64,000 nt of DNA from positions 3,104,001-3,168,000 of the forward strand of contig OY760142.1 of NCBI GenBank assembly GCA_963663225.1, in the 5' to 3' direction. This DNA comes from Nitrospirota bacterium (GTDB lineage Bacteria > Nitrospirota > UBA9217). Positions 20,518 through 30,828 of the stretch are shown piece by piece. Within the stretch, counting starts at the first letter, position 1. Each line of letters begins with the position of its first letter. The notes beneath the pieces were generated by a model that saw only the letters and a program-made list of their open reading frames with translations, did no database searches and was not told where the DNA came from. A program made the position numbers and the translations under genes.

Positions 20518-22725
20518 ATGCCAGAAAAACTACAAGAAAAGAAGACAGATGATCATGGAGAACAGCCCGGAAATGGGAACCTGTCTAATTGGGTTTTAGG
20601 AATATTCGAATCATTCAAGACCGCACGGCAGCCTTTTGAGGAAATGTGGATTGAGTGCTGGTACAACTATCTCGCAAAATATCAGCAGGAAACGGCGTGG
20701 CGCAAACAGACCGAAGGGCAAGAAGGCAATAGCCGGATATTTATAAAGCTGACAACGCTCAAGTGCAACACGGCCCACGCGAAAATAATGGATATGGCGT
20801 TTCCGACGAGCGGCGGCGAGGAAGTGCCTTTTGACATTATCCCCATACGCACCGAAGTTCATGCCGGTGTTGACGATGAGCAGCTTAAAAAGATTGCCGA
20901 GAATCTAAAGCAGCGACTTCGCGATCACCACAAAGAAATCGAGCTTATTGAAAATATCGACAATGGCGTTCTTGAATTGGCGATCATGGGAACGGCTGTT
21001 ATCAAGGGCCCGATTATCGACTACCGGAGAGTGAAACGGTTCAACCCGAGGACCATTTTCGGGTTGCCGGTATCTCATTTTGACCCCTCTATAAATCCGT
21101 TTGAAATTCAGCACGAAGATATGCCCCTGCCCGTTTTTAAGCATATCCCCCTGTGGAGCTACTATTGCGATCCGAACGCTGAGAACAATCGTAAGAGCAT
21201 AGGAGAAATCCATTTTGACAGGATGTTGCCGAGCGAATTCCTTGGGCTGAAATCCGTTGGCGGATACCGAGCCGACATGATTGACGCTGTTAAAGAGAAA
21301 TGTGCCGTCGTCGACGAATCCACGGAAGATTTTAAATACGTCCAGCTTGCGGACAACTACACGGGCAAATCCGGCGAGAAGGACAAGAAAATAAGCGTCC
21401 TTGAGTATTGGGGCCTCGTAAAAGCCGGCGATCTTCGCGCTGAGAAAGAAGAAGTGCCGGAGGAAATAGGCGACGAGGATCTTGTTGAAGCGCTTATCTG
21501 CATAGCCGGCAGCGGAGAGGTCATAAAGGCAAAAATGAACCCGATGGGCCGGCGCGTGTTCAACGTCTGCCCTTACAAGAAAATTCCTCATTGCATTTTT
21601 GGCCATGGTGTTGCCTGGGCCATGCGCGACTCGCAAAAGATGGTCAATTCATCGTACCGGATGATTATAGACAACAAGGCCATTTTTGGCCCCGGGATGC
21701 TGGCCGTCAACCTGGACCGAATCAACACAAAGCGCACCAAGGACCTGAAAATATACCCGAAGAAGGTTTGGTATGTAAAAGGAAACTTCGCCCCAAAGGA
21801 CGTAATCGACAACATTAAATTTCAGGATGCTTCCCGCGACCTGCGTGAGCTTGCCATGGACTTTGACAGGTTTGCGGACGAGGAAACAGGTATCCCGAAA
21901 TTTGAGACAGGCGATCAAGCGTCATTCCTGAACAAAACCGCGTCCGGTATGTCAATGCTCATGCGCCGCACGGATGTGAATATCAGGCCGGCTATCAAGA
22001 ACATTGACGACTATTGGATTGAGCCGATTGTTGAGGCCGAAGCTGATTGGTTTGTCGAAATGGATCCCGACCCGAATATCAAGGTCCCCTTCAAGATAAA
22101 AGCCACCGGAACGTCAACGCTCATTTCGAACGAAATCAAGATGGAAAACATGGCGAAGTTCATGCAGATAACGGGGGCCAATCCTGCAGACGCCATATTT
22201 GTTGATCGTCCAAAAGCCATGAGGGAATGGGCCCGTATGCTCGACACGCAAGACATTATGCGGACCGAGGATGAAATAAAACAGATCATGGCCGAGATGG
22301 ACCAACGCGCCAACGAACCGAAAGACCTGCGCGAGTATGTTCAATTCGACAAGTTGTTTCCGCTCCTTACCTCATCAGAGCAATGCCAGATATTGACGCA
22401 GCTTGGCATTACTCCTGACCAGAATGGCAGAGCGGTTATCGCGAACACAGACCTGCAACTGAAACAGGCAGAGATAAACGAAAAGAACGCAAAGGCCAAA
22501 GCGCCGGCGACCGCTCCCGCTCAATCCGCGACTCAAAGCCCACCTGCTCCTGCAAGTGCGACTACTCCTAATCAGGCGGCTTCGCCGGCGCAAATGACTT
22601 TCAACCTGGGAACGCACCCGCAGAACCAGAAGAAAAAAATAACTCTCAAAAAGAACCCCGCTGGCCATTACGAGGCCCATGTTGAGCCGGCAGCGGAGGA
22701 GATAACAGGAGGTAACGCGCAATGA
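20518..22725 (+). CDS. Portal protein (podovirus type)
   Basis: 735 aa after TerL; GTAVIKGP, VLEYWG, GHGVAWAMRDSQ, KTASGMSML motifs; Ala/Pro-rich C-terminal extension. Confidence 0.9.
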   Translation: MPEKLQEKKTDDHGEQPGNGNLSNWVLGIFESFKTARQPFEEMWIECWYNYLAKYQQETAWRKQTEGQEGNSRIFIKLTTLKCNTAHAKIMDMAFPTSGGEEVPFDIIPIRTEVHAGVDDEQLKKIAENLKQRLRDHHKEIELIENIDNGVLELAIMGTAVIKGPIIDYRRVKRFNPRTIFGLPVSHFDPSINPFEIQHEDMPLPVFKHIPLWSYYCDPNAENNRKSIGEIHFDRMLPSEFLGLKSVGGYRADMIDAVKEKCAVVDESTEDFKYVQLADNYTGKSGEKDKKISVLEYWGLVKAGDLRAEKEEVPEEIGDEDLVEALICIAGSGEVIKAKMNPMGRRVFNVCPYKKIPHCIFGHGVAWAMRDSQKMVNSSYRMIIDNKAIFGPGMLAVNLDRINTKRTKDLKIYPKKVWYVKGNFAPKDVIDNIKFQDASRDLRELAMDFDRFADEETGIPKFETGDQASFLNKTASGMSMLMRRTDVNIRPAIKNIDDYWIEPIVEAEADWFVEMDPDPNIKVPFKIKATGTSTLISNEIKMENMAKFMQITGANPADAIFVDRPKAMREWARMLDTQDIMRTEDEIKQIMAEMDQRANEPKDLREYVQFDKLFPLLTSSEQCQILTQLGITPDQNGRAVIANTDLQLKQAEINEKNAKAKAPATAPAQSATQSPPAPASATTPNQAASPAQMTFNLGTHPQNQKKKITLKKNPAGHYEAHVEPAAEEITGGNAQ

Positions 22726-23315
22726 GCAAGATGTCGAATTACCTGGAAAACCAGATTGGAAAACTGCTGCTGTGTACGCAGACGGCATGGAAGCCGTCGG
22801 CAATCTACATTGCCTTATTCAAGGCCACAAAAGGGCTGTGGGCTGCCAGTACTGCGTATTCGTCGAACGACACGATTTGTCCGACTACTGCAAACGGGCG
22901 GATGTATCGGTGCTCAACGGCGGGCACAAGCGCGGCAACCGAACCAACTTGGCCAACTACGGACGGCGGTACTGTTTCCGACGGTACGGCCGTATGGACT
23001 GAAATGACCCCGGACTTTGACGCCGCAACGAATCTCAACGAAGTGTCCGGCGGATCGTATGCGCGGGTTGGTGTAACCCAGGCTGACGCTCAATGGAACA
23101 TCCCGACGACAACCGGCTTGTTCGACAACGTGAACGCAATAACTTTCGCGTCACCTACGGCCAATTGGGGAACGATAGGAGCATTCGGAATCTATGACGC
23201 CTCAGCAAGCGGGAATCTTTTAATCCATGGAGTTTTGACAACTCCTAAAACAGTAAACAACGGCGATGCGGCCCCGAGCATTGCAGCCGGAGCTTTAGAT
23301 ATCACCTTCGCATAG
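22722..23315 (+). CDS. Virion structural/fibre-like protein with inserted carbohydrate-binding-like module
   Basis: SNYLEN...YIALF...EVSGGSYAR...TANWGTI...GALDITF scaffold interrupted by WAASTAY...GTSAATEPTW...DGTAVW. Confidence 0.65.
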   Translation: MSKMSNYLENQIGKLLLCTQTAWKPSAIYIALFKATKGLWAASTAYSSNDTICPTTANGRMYRCSTAGTSAATEPTWPTTDGGTVSDGTAVWTEMTPDFDAATNLNEVSGGSYARVGVTQADAQWNIPTTTGLFDNVNAITFASPTANWGTIGAFGIYDASASGNLLIHGVLTTPKTVNNGDAAPSIAAGALDITFA

Positions 23316-23325
23316 GGAGGCTTAA

Positions 23326-23514
23326 ATGGCACAGGAATACCGGGTGTTGGTAACCGCGACGTTTGACAACGCAAAGGACCGCGACAAATGCGCAGAAGAT
23401 GTCAAGGCGCTTTTTAACTCAAAGAAAGCGGTTGGAGATGTGATTAAAAAAGCGAATCTCACAAAAGACGATTACGATATTCCGGACCTTGCAGTGGTGA
23501 CTGAGTCCTTATAA
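23326..23514 (+). CDS. Small phage hypothetical protein
   Basis: SD GGGAGG; coupled to the next ORF. Confidence 0.7.
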   Translation: MAQEYRVLVTATFDNAKDRDKCAEDVKALFNSKKAVGDVIKKANLTKDDYDIPDLAVVTESL

Positions 23515-25067
23515 TGGCGAATGGTTTTGTTACATCGCGGCCGAGCGCACGGGCCGGTTCTGATACCGCCGGATGGCCGATAGACAACTCTGGATACGTC
23601 GGAGCAATTAAGTTTGTTGCCCCCGGATCAGGCGCATTGAGCGTTACAGAAATAGGCGCTTGGTTCAATAACAACGGATCCGGCGCCGCAATGCGTGTGG
23701 CAATTTTTACGCATGACTCGGTAAACGACTGCCCCGAATCAATGGTGTCCAACTCGGAAAGTGGAACGCTTACAGAATCAACATCAACCGTAAGCATCCA
23801 CTATTCTGCGCTCTCAAACTGTTCTATCACGGGTGGGCAGACTTATTGGCTGGTTGGGTTTAATGGAAGCTCGACGGGATTTGATCAGCGTACCGTAAGT
23901 GGTGGAGATTTTAAAGGTGTGCGAGGAGCAACCCCGTATACATGGCCTACCGGAGCATCGTGGCACTCGTACGATGATTCAGACACAACAATAGAACTTG
24001 GTCTTTATGCAATATACAGCGCTGGCAGCAGCGGGGCGGATCTCGCGGCTGCGTCTACCTGTGCTTGCACGGCGTCCGCGTCCCTCACAACGTCAGTTAC
24101 GTTGGGGGCGGCTCCTTCTTGTTCTGTAGCAGTCCAGGCGCAACTTACCACTCAGGTCCGGATGGCTGCAGCTGTGACCGCTGCAGTTACTGCGTCCGCC
24201 GATCTTACAACGCAAACAAGACTCGCTGCGGCAGTCACTTGTTCTGCATCTCTTTCTGCCAGCCTCACTACTCAAATAACCATGGCCGCGGCTGCGCTCT
24301 GTGCTGCAAGCGCATCAGGGACTATTGGATCAAAAGCAGAACTCACGGCACAGGCAATCTGTTCCTGTTCCATTTCGGCAGACCTCACAACCAGCATTGA
24401 GCTGTCAGCATCGGCGCGCTGCTCCTGCACCGCACAGGCGGATCTTACCGCTGGAACGGCAAGCATACCTTTAGCTGCGTCCGTGGTGTGCTCAAGCATA
24501 GCTTTAGCTAACCTTACCACTCAAATTCTTATGTCGGCGGTTGCAAATTTAAGCGCTACCGCAACGGCAAGTCTTTTTGAAGAGAAGCCGGCCATTATTG
24601 TGCCCCCTGCTCTGTCCGAAGGCGGCGGCAGAAAACCCCACAAAAAGAAAAAACAGAGTGATTGGATTCCCTGGCCTCCACCGGAGCGAATTGAATCCGT
24701 ATTGCATCCGGAAACGGTTGAGAATCCTTCCGTCGATGAAGCCGAGCGCATTGTGCGCGAGTACCAAGAACTCATTGACGATATGCAAAAAGCCTTGGCA
24801 GAGGACAACACCCCGCCAATTGTTTCCGGACAACGCAACTCTTTGTCGCTGGACTTCTCGACTCCCCTGAAAGACGCCGTTTCGAAGATATCCGAGAGGA
24901 AAAAGCAGGAAGTAGAAAAGCTGAAAGCGATAAAGAAACAACGTGAAGATGAGCTTTTTAAGGCGAGGCTCGCGCTCGACGTTGCCAATTTGAAGCTGAC
25001 AATAGCAATCGAACAAGAGGAGGAGGCGGTCATGGCAGCGCTTATGGCCGTACTGCACGATGAGTAA
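23514..25067 (+). CDS. Putative virion fibre/decoration protein with nine ~20-aa Ala/Cys/Thr repeats
   Basis: Beta-rich N-domain, repeats LAAAxxCSxxASADLTTxxx, charged coiled-coil C-terminus. Confidence 0.6.
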   Translation: MANGFVTSRPSARAGSDTAGWPIDNSGYVGAIKFVAPGSGALSVTEIGAWFNNNGSGAAMRVAIFTHDSVNDCPESMVSNSESGTLTESTSTVSIHYSALSNCSITGGQTYWLVGFNGSSTGFDQRTVSGGDFKGVRGATPYTWPTGASWHSYDDSDTTIELGLYAIYSAGSSGADLAAASTCACTASASLTTSVTLGAAPSCSVAVQAQLTTQVRMAAAVTAAVTASADLTTQTRLAAAVTCSASLSASLTTQITMAAAALCAASASGTIGSKAELTAQAICSCSISADLTTSIELSASARCSCTAQADLTAGTASIPLAASVVCSSIALANLTTQILMSAVANLSATATASLFEEKPAIIVPPALSEGGGRKPHKKKKQSDWIPWPPPERIESVLHPETVENPSVDEAERIVREYQELIDDMQKALAEDNTPPIVSGQRNSLSLDFSTPLKDAVSKISERKKQEVEKLKAIKKQREDELFKARLALDVANLKLTIAIEQEEEAVMAALMAVLHDE

Positions 25068-25272
25068 TTTCACGGATGGCATTAAAAAAATATTCGAGGA
25101 GGGATTGCAAGATGAAATAGAAGGAAAAATCAAAGAACGATTAAGCGAAGTGCAAAAAATTCTCGATGATGGAGAAGGCATAGAACTTCACCGGGCTCAA
25201 GGTGCAAAGCGGGAGCTTGCCGCGATCCTTGAATTACCCGAAAGCATTTTGGAAGAAGCAAAAGAAGAGTAA
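25060..25272 (+). CDS. Small phage head-region protein
   Basis: ELHRAQG...ILELPE pattern typical of genes between portal and scaffold. Confidence 0.7.
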   Translation: MSNFTDGIKKIFEEGLQDEIEGKIKERLSEVQKILDDGEGIELHRAQGAKRELAAILELPESILEEAKEE

Positions 25273-25383
25273 CCACCGGACTACCGCGAAAGCGACCCGG
25301 AAAAAACGTAGTGGACTACCGAATGGCGCGGACCTCAGAAATTTGAGACTACCCGACGACAGGAGGCCCAAAGGAGGATTTAC

Positions 25384-26361
25384 ATGGAAGGCAAAGACGA
25401 TGTGAAAGACCAGAAAGACGAACAGAAGGTAGACGAAATCGTTGACGAAAAAGAAGGATCCAAGGGCGCAGAGTACGACGAGGAATGGGACCGGCTTGAT
25501 GCAGAGGAAAAGGGAGAACAGAAGCCAGAACCAAAACAGACGGACAAGCAAATCGAGGAACCGGCAGCCGGAGAAGGCGACAAAATCCTCCCTGAAACCA
25601 AAGAAGAGCCGAAACCAGACGACAAAAAGGACCAAAGCAAAGCGGCCCTTTCCGGAGTAGACAAGGCTCTGCACGACACAAAGAAATGGGCCACCGAGCT
25701 TGTTGAGGAGAACAAAAAACTCAAGCAAGCGATTGCCGAGAAGGAATCGGCTGAAAAGTCGGCCAAGGTAGAGGCCGCGGAGAAAGCGCAGAAAGCGGCC
25801 CAGGAAAAACTAAACGGATCCTTGGAGGAGGCTTACAAGGAATACCCGGAACTCAAGGGTGTGCTCGACGAGATGAAATCTCAACTCGACGCGACGCAGA
25901 AAGAAATCAACGACATTAGAACTGCGGACGCAAAGAAAAAAGAGGCGAGCGAAAAACTGCAAGCCGACAGAGACTTTTTCGAACAGAACATAAAACCTGA
26001 AATCGTCAAAACGCACAAAGACTTTGATGCCATCGTAAATTCGCCAGATCATCAGTTTTTTAAGTGGGCAGAGAAGCAATCGCCGGCCATCAAGTTTGCC
26101 GTGTTTAATTCGAACTCTCCGGCGGACATGGTTATGGCCCTTGATGCTTTTAAGAAAGACAAATCATCCGGCTATTTGAAGGAAAAGAAGGAAACGGACA
26201 CAAAACTGAAAGACAGCAAACTTGAAAGCGCTCAATCCCTAAAGGGGGGCGTCACCATTCCAGAAAACATTGAACCCGGCACCGGTCCGAGTAGCAAGGA
26301 CAATTACGATGCCGGATGGGAAGCGGCTGACAAGCTCCTCAAGGATCAGGGCGTAACCTAA
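25384..26361 (+). CDS. Capsid scaffolding protein
   Basis: Acidic, coiled-coil, directly upstream of the major capsid gene; SD AAGGAGG. Confidence 0.8.
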   Translation: MEGKDDVKDQKDEQKVDEIVDEKEGSKGAEYDEEWDRLDAEEKGEQKPEPKQTDKQIEEPAAGEGDKILPETKEEPKPDDKKDQSKAALSGVDKALHDTKKWATELVEENKKLKQAIAEKESAEKSAKVEAAEKAQKAAQEKLNGSLEEAYKEYPELKGVLDEMKSQLDATQKEINDIRTADAKKKEASEKLQADRDFFEQNIKPEIVKTHKDFDAIVNSPDHQFFKWAEKQSPAIKFAVFNSNSPADMVMALDAFKKDKSSGYLKEKKETDTKLKDSKLESAQSLKGGVTIPENIEPGTGPSSKDNYDAGWEAADKLLKDQGVT

Positions 26362-26381
26362 CCCGAAAGGAGTAACACAAG

Positions 26382-27359
26382 ATGCTTTATTCAGATATCA
26401 GCCCCAGGACTCAGGCATATGCCGATAGACGGCTTCTGACCAGAGCAAAAACGAACAACATCTTGGGACAGTTTGGACAGTCCCGAACCCTGCCGTCAAA
26501 ATCGTCACAGACGATTAAATTCAGACGGTACAACCGGCTCGCGCCCGCAACCACGCCGCTCATGGAAGGCGTAACTCCGTCCGGAAAAACTCTCAGCAAG
26601 ACGGATATTTCCGTCAGTCTGCAGCAGTTTGGCGACTTCGTAACCATTACCGACGTTATTCAGGACACCCATGAGGATCCGGTTCTTGCCGAGGCCACGG
26701 ACATTCTTGGCGAACAGGCCGGGGATACCTGGGACATTCTTCGCGCCGGTGTGCTCAAGGCCGGGACCAACGTACTGTATGCAAACGGCACCACAAGAAG
26801 CGCCGTCAATACTGTTGCCGCAATTGGCACATTCAGGACGGCAACCCGGTTGCTCAAGCGCCAGGAAGCCAAGCAGCTTAAATCAATCATCAAGGCCGGT
26901 CCGAATATCGGGACCGCTCCTATTGCTGCCGGCTTTATCGGTGTTTGCCATGCTGACCTCGAACCGGATCTTGTCCAGTTGTCCGGTTGGAAATATGTGC
27001 ATGAGTATGCAAGCAGCGACGGCTTGATTGACGGCGAAATCGGTGCTGTTGCCGGTATTCGTTTCGTTATCGACAACAACCTTACCCCCTGGGCTGATGG
27101 TGGCGGATCAAAAGGATCCACCCTTTCGACCTCCGGCACTTCTTCCGACGTTTATCCGATCCTGATTTTTGGCAAGGACGCTTATGCGACGGTTGCGCTT
27201 GCTGGCAAGAACGCCGTGAGCACCTACGTCAACAACCCGAAACCCATCACCGGGGACGAACTGGCGCAGCGCGGTTCTGTTGGATGGAAGGGCTACACCG
27301 CAACGTCAATCCTTAATGATCTGTGGATGATCAGGATTGAAACGGCGGCCAACGGATAA
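26382..27359 (+). CDS. Major capsid protein, N4-gp56 family
   Basis: TIKFRRY, LMEGVTP, QQFGDFVTITD, GEIGAV, DELAQRGSVGWK. Confidence 0.92.
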   Translation: MLYSDISPRTQAYADRRLLTRAKTNNILGQFGQSRTLPSKSSQTIKFRRYNRLAPATTPLMEGVTPSGKTLSKTDISVSLQQFGDFVTITDVIQDTHEDPVLAEATDILGEQAGDTWDILRAGVLKAGTNVLYANGTTRSAVNTVAAIGTFRTATRLLKRQEAKQLKSIIKAGPNIGTAPIAAGFIGVCHADLEPDLVQLSGWKYVHEYASSDGLIDGEIGAVAGIRFVIDNNLTPWADGGGSKGSTLSTSGTSSDVYPILIFGKDAYATVALAGKNAVSTYVNNPKPITGDELAQRGSVGWKGYTATSILNDLWMIRIETAANG

Positions 27360-27366
27360 ATAGCCG

Positions 27367-27393
27367 GGAAGGGGTAACTCCCCTTCCTTTTTT
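27367..27393 (+). terminator. Intrinsic terminator after the capsid gene
   Basis: GGAAGGGG-taact-CCCCTTCC-TTTTTT. Confidence 0.85.
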
Positions 27394-27418
27394 ATCAACC
27401 ATCGAAAGGAGAAGTACC

Positions 27419-27976
27419 ATGAGTGATTTGATTAAAGTCGGCTCCTTCGCGGGAACCGGGGCAATTCTTAACGTAGAGTGCGGGTTTGTGCCGAGCTATG
27501 TGAAGCTCTTCAACCCGAACGATGCCGGATCTCTCATGCCTACGCTTGAGCGTTTTTCAGGTATGGCAGCAGCGTCCGGATTCAAAACCAAGTCCATTAC
27601 GGACAACGCAACAACTGCAAACAAGTCGTCTGAGTATATCACCTCGAACGGCCTGAGCGACTTCGTTGGCGAAGTCCCCGGCAAGGTCCTTGACGGTACC
27701 GCTGCAATTACCGCGGGGGCAAAGTCAATTACCGGAACCAACACGAAGTTTCTCACCGACCTGCGCGCTAGCGATGTTATCACGATTGGCGGCAATCAGT
27801 ACACGGTGGCCGCTGTTAGCTCTGCAACCGCAGCGACAATCGTAGAGGCCGCAGTTAAGACCGAAAGCGCGGCGAATATGACCCGCGTAACCGGCCGTAC
27901 TGCAGGATTCACACTCGGGGCCGAAACGGACCTGAACGTATCCGGCGAATCAGTATTTTACATTGCAGAAAAATAA
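27419..27976 (+). CDS. Capsid decoration/structural protein
   Basis: GSFAGTG...CGFVPSYVKL...YIAE scaffold with an inserted ITGTNTKF fibre-like segment. Confidence 0.65.
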   Translation: MSDLIKVGSFAGTGAILNVECGFVPSYVKLFNPNDAGSLMPTLERFSGMAAASGFKTKSITDNATTANKSSEYITSNGLSDFVGEVPGKVLDGTAAITAGAKSITGTNTKFLTDLRASDVITIGGNQYTVAAVSSATAATIVEAAVKTESAANMTRVTGRTAGFTLGAETDLNVSGESVFYIAEK

Positions 27977-28027
27977 ACCAAAGGGCCGGCCTGGACCGGC
28001 CCATTTTCTCAAAAGGAGGAAATTAAA

Positions 28028-28432
28028 ATGGCTGAAACTCAAACAGTAAACGAAAACACGGGCGCTGCTCCTTTGCCTGCCAAAAATCCATTTTCAGAAG
28101 AAGAAGCAAAGGAAGTCGTGAAAAAAAAACCGGGGCTCAGGTCTGACGATCCTGGCATAACAACGAAAACGAGGGATGAATTGCACAAGCAGAGAATGGT
28201 GCGAATCATTATTGACTCTACCAGAGAAGAAAAAGAAGATGTGCCGGTATCTGTGAACGGCCATTCTTATCTCATAAAGCGCGATAAAGAGGTTGAGCTT
28301 CCGTTGAGCGTCTTGGAAGTGCTCGACAATGCCGAAATGACCGATTATAAGCAGGTCCGGCGGGAAAACGGAGAAGGCTACGACATGGTGCCAACCAAGG
28401 TAAAGCGGTTTCCTTATCGCAGAGTGTTCTAG
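28028..28432 (+). CDS. Conserved phage protein downstream of capsid
   Basis: VPVSVNG..YLIKR...VELP..VLEVL...RFPY motif; strong SD. Confidence 0.75.
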   Translation: MAETQTVNENTGAAPLPAKNPFSEEEAKEVVKKKPGLRSDDPGITTKTRDELHKQRMVRIIIDSTREEKEDVPVSVNGHSYLIKRDKEVELPLSVLEVLDNAEMTDYKQVRRENGEGYDMVPTKVKRFPYRRVF

Positions 28433-28441
28433 GGGGGATAA

Positions 28442-29347
28442 ATGTTTTCTATCACTCACAGGGATGTTGGCGGGAAAACAAGCCTGTATGCTCATGTTCT
28501 ACGCATGGACGACGGTAAGTATTGGGATGAAAGTGCCGATGCCTGGGTAGCAACCGAATCGGGAATGTGCAATGTATCGCTTGCGGAAGATACTACCATG
28601 CCCGGACGGTATGCCGGATCCGCTAATTTTAATCCTTCCCATGGCACGACATACGATATTTCAATTTTTGAAGCTGACGGGACCATGATAGTAAAAACCA
28701 GCCAGCCGTATGTGAGTGATAAGAAAACAGCCTTACAGCTTGTAAACGATATTCAGCAGGAATTGAGATTGCCGAAATCCGCAGACTTTACGGCCCCTCA
28801 TGCAAAGTCCGTTCTGGCGCAACTGAACAAGGCCATTCAAGTTATGAACGAGTCTGACGGTTGGCCGGAGATGAACGTAAAAGGTTCATTTATGACTAAG
28901 GTTGGCGTGTCCGTCTATTCCCTTCGACCGATAAATGCGTCCTATGTGGATATCCTCAAGCGTATGCAGATAGGAACGAACGTGCCCCTCGCAAAACGCA
29001 CCGACGGGAATTTTAAGACGCTGCAGAAAATGAATACAGCCCCGGCGCAGCCGACCGATTACCGGATATTCGGAAGGGCCGGCGGAGTTCTTATTGTTGA
29101 GCTTACTCCTGCCCCGGATATCGCATATCAGGTTGATTTTGAATTACTGATGCGGAATGAATTACTCGCGGCTGTTACGGATATCCCGTTGCTCGACACA
29201 AATGCGATCTATATTGGCGGCTTGGCCTTTACAAAGAAGGATCAAGGCTCATGGTATCAGGACGACATGGCATTGTTTCAAAATCTTGTATCTGCACACG
29301 CTGACAACCAATCAGAGCCTAATTGGGGAGATGCAGAAACGATATGA
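28442..29347 (+). CDS. Head-tail adaptor-like protein
   Basis: TALQLVNDIQQEL...PTDY...PAPD pattern; position before the nozzle gene. Confidence 0.6.
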   Translation: MFSITHRDVGGKTSLYAHVLRMDDGKYWDESADAWVATESGMCNVSLAEDTTMPGRYAGSANFNPSHGTTYDISIFEADGTMIVKTSQPYVSDKKTALQLVNDIQQELRLPKSADFTAPHAKSVLAQLNKAIQVMNESDGWPEMNVKGSFMTKVGVSVYSLRPINASYVDILKRMQIGTNVPLAKRTDGNFKTLQKMNTAPAQPTDYRIFGRAGGVLIVELTPAPDIAYQVDFELLMRNELLAAVTDIPLLDTNAIYIGGLAFTKKDQGSWYQDDMALFQNLVSAHADNQSEPNWGDAETI

Positions 29348-30828
29348 AGAAGAACCAACAGATTGAAGCATTGACCGTTACCCTTAATGACTTTTCCGGT
29401 GGCGAGGCAGATTTACCACTTACCAAAATGAGCGCGAAGTTTGCGACAAAAATGGTGAACGTCTATCCGACCATGACCGGAGGCATTGGGTTTGTTCCTG
29501 GGTATGCTCGCGTGAACCAGATACGATCGAACGAGGCGTTTCAGTCTGGCCACGTTTACATTAAGGCAGACGGGACAAAGATTGTTCTCGTTGCCGGCGG
29601 AGGAAAAATATACCGGGCAAACGGCACAACGCTTGTGTCAATAAAAACAGGATTAAATGCCGGCGCTATTGTTCGGTTCATAACGGCAAACGATTATTGC
29701 ATCATGCTGAACGGTGTTGACGCGCCGATGAAATACGACGGTACTACGGTAACAACCCTTGGTGGCACTCCTCCGGCTACTGCATTTAAGGGTGTGTACC
29801 ACAAGGGCCGCGTATGGATGATCGAACGCACAAACAAGATGCTGGCAAGCTATTCCGGGCTGAACGCCATAGAGGACTACACCACGGCGCACAATGCCGG
29901 ATATATTGATTTCAGGTATGTGCTTAAAACAGGCGACGAACTCACGGATATTGAGAGCTATGTTGACCTGATCGTGTTCTATTTTAAAAACCACGTTGTC
30001 GTGTATTCGGGAAACACGCCTACCGATTACGGAGATTTTCAAATTGTCATACAGCTTGAAGGGGCCGGAGCGTTTACCGACACGGTGAAGGCCACGGGTC
30101 TTGATCATTTATTCCTTTCTCAAATTGGCGCACGTTCTCTCAAGCAGGTAATAAACACCGGCGCGAATCCGGAACAGCTTATTTCAAAAAATATCTTCCA
30201 GCGGCTTTCTGGCGCGATATCCTCGAATCCGAACGGCCCATTTGGATCCGCTCATTTTCAACGCCTCGGCTGGTTCATGGTGCTGATTGGCGACGAAATA
30301 TGGTGCTATGCCTACAACCGGGGTGCATGGTTCAGGATAATAGGGGCCGATGCCCTTGGTATGTTCTCTGACTCTGACGGTTCAAGCGTTTACTTCTGTG
30401 GCCGGGGCTATCTCTATAAATTCGATCAGGGATGGACGTTCGACGGTGCTCCTATGTGGCGCGAGTGGGACATGGGATGGCTAAAGTTTTTCAAGAACGA
30501 AGAGCGAGGGTTTCCGAAGATACTGCAGATTTACGCAACTCCTTCGCAACCGATTACGGTATCAGTCGGAACGCGGTTTGACCTTAATGCCGGAACTCCG
30601 GACTCATTTCAATCTTTCATGCTCGACATGGCCCCTTCCCTTATGGATGAAACGGTGCCCGACATTTGGGAAAACTGCTTTTATATGGACTCAGAAGAAT
30701 ATGCGCCGGAGCGATTGCCATTATTCGGGGGCGGTTCGATGATGCAGTTATGCTTTACCTGCCAGGACACAGCCGGCCCCTGCGAGATAAATAGTCTGAA
30801 AATTCAATTCACCCCAGGAGGCGATTAA
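29344..30828 (+). CDS. Tail nozzle / DNA stabilisation protein
   Basis: DFSGG start, NGVDAPMKYDG, beta-propeller-like composition; ATG overlaps the previous stop. Confidence 0.7.
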   Translation: MKKNQQIEALTVTLNDFSGGEADLPLTKMSAKFATKMVNVYPTMTGGIGFVPGYARVNQIRSNEAFQSGHVYIKADGTKIVLVAGGGKIYRANGTTLVSIKTGLNAGAIVRFITANDYCIMLNGVDAPMKYDGTTVTTLGGTPPATAFKGVYHKGRVWMIERTNKMLASYSGLNAIEDYTTAHNAGYIDFRYVLKTGDELTDIESYVDLIVFYFKNHVVVYSGNTPTDYGDFQIVIQLEGAGAFTDTVKATGLDHLFLSQIGARSLKQVINTGANPEQLISKNIFQRLSGAISSNPNGPFGSAHFQRLGWFMVLIGDEIWCYAYNRGAWFRIIGADALGMFSDSDGSSVYFCGRGYLYKFDQGWTFDGAPMWREWDMGWLKFFKNEERGFPKILQIYATPSQPITVSVGTRFDLNAGTPDSFQSFMLDMAPSLMDETVPDIWENCFYMDSEEYAPERLPLFGGGSMMQLCFTCQDTAGPCEINSLKIQFTPGGD

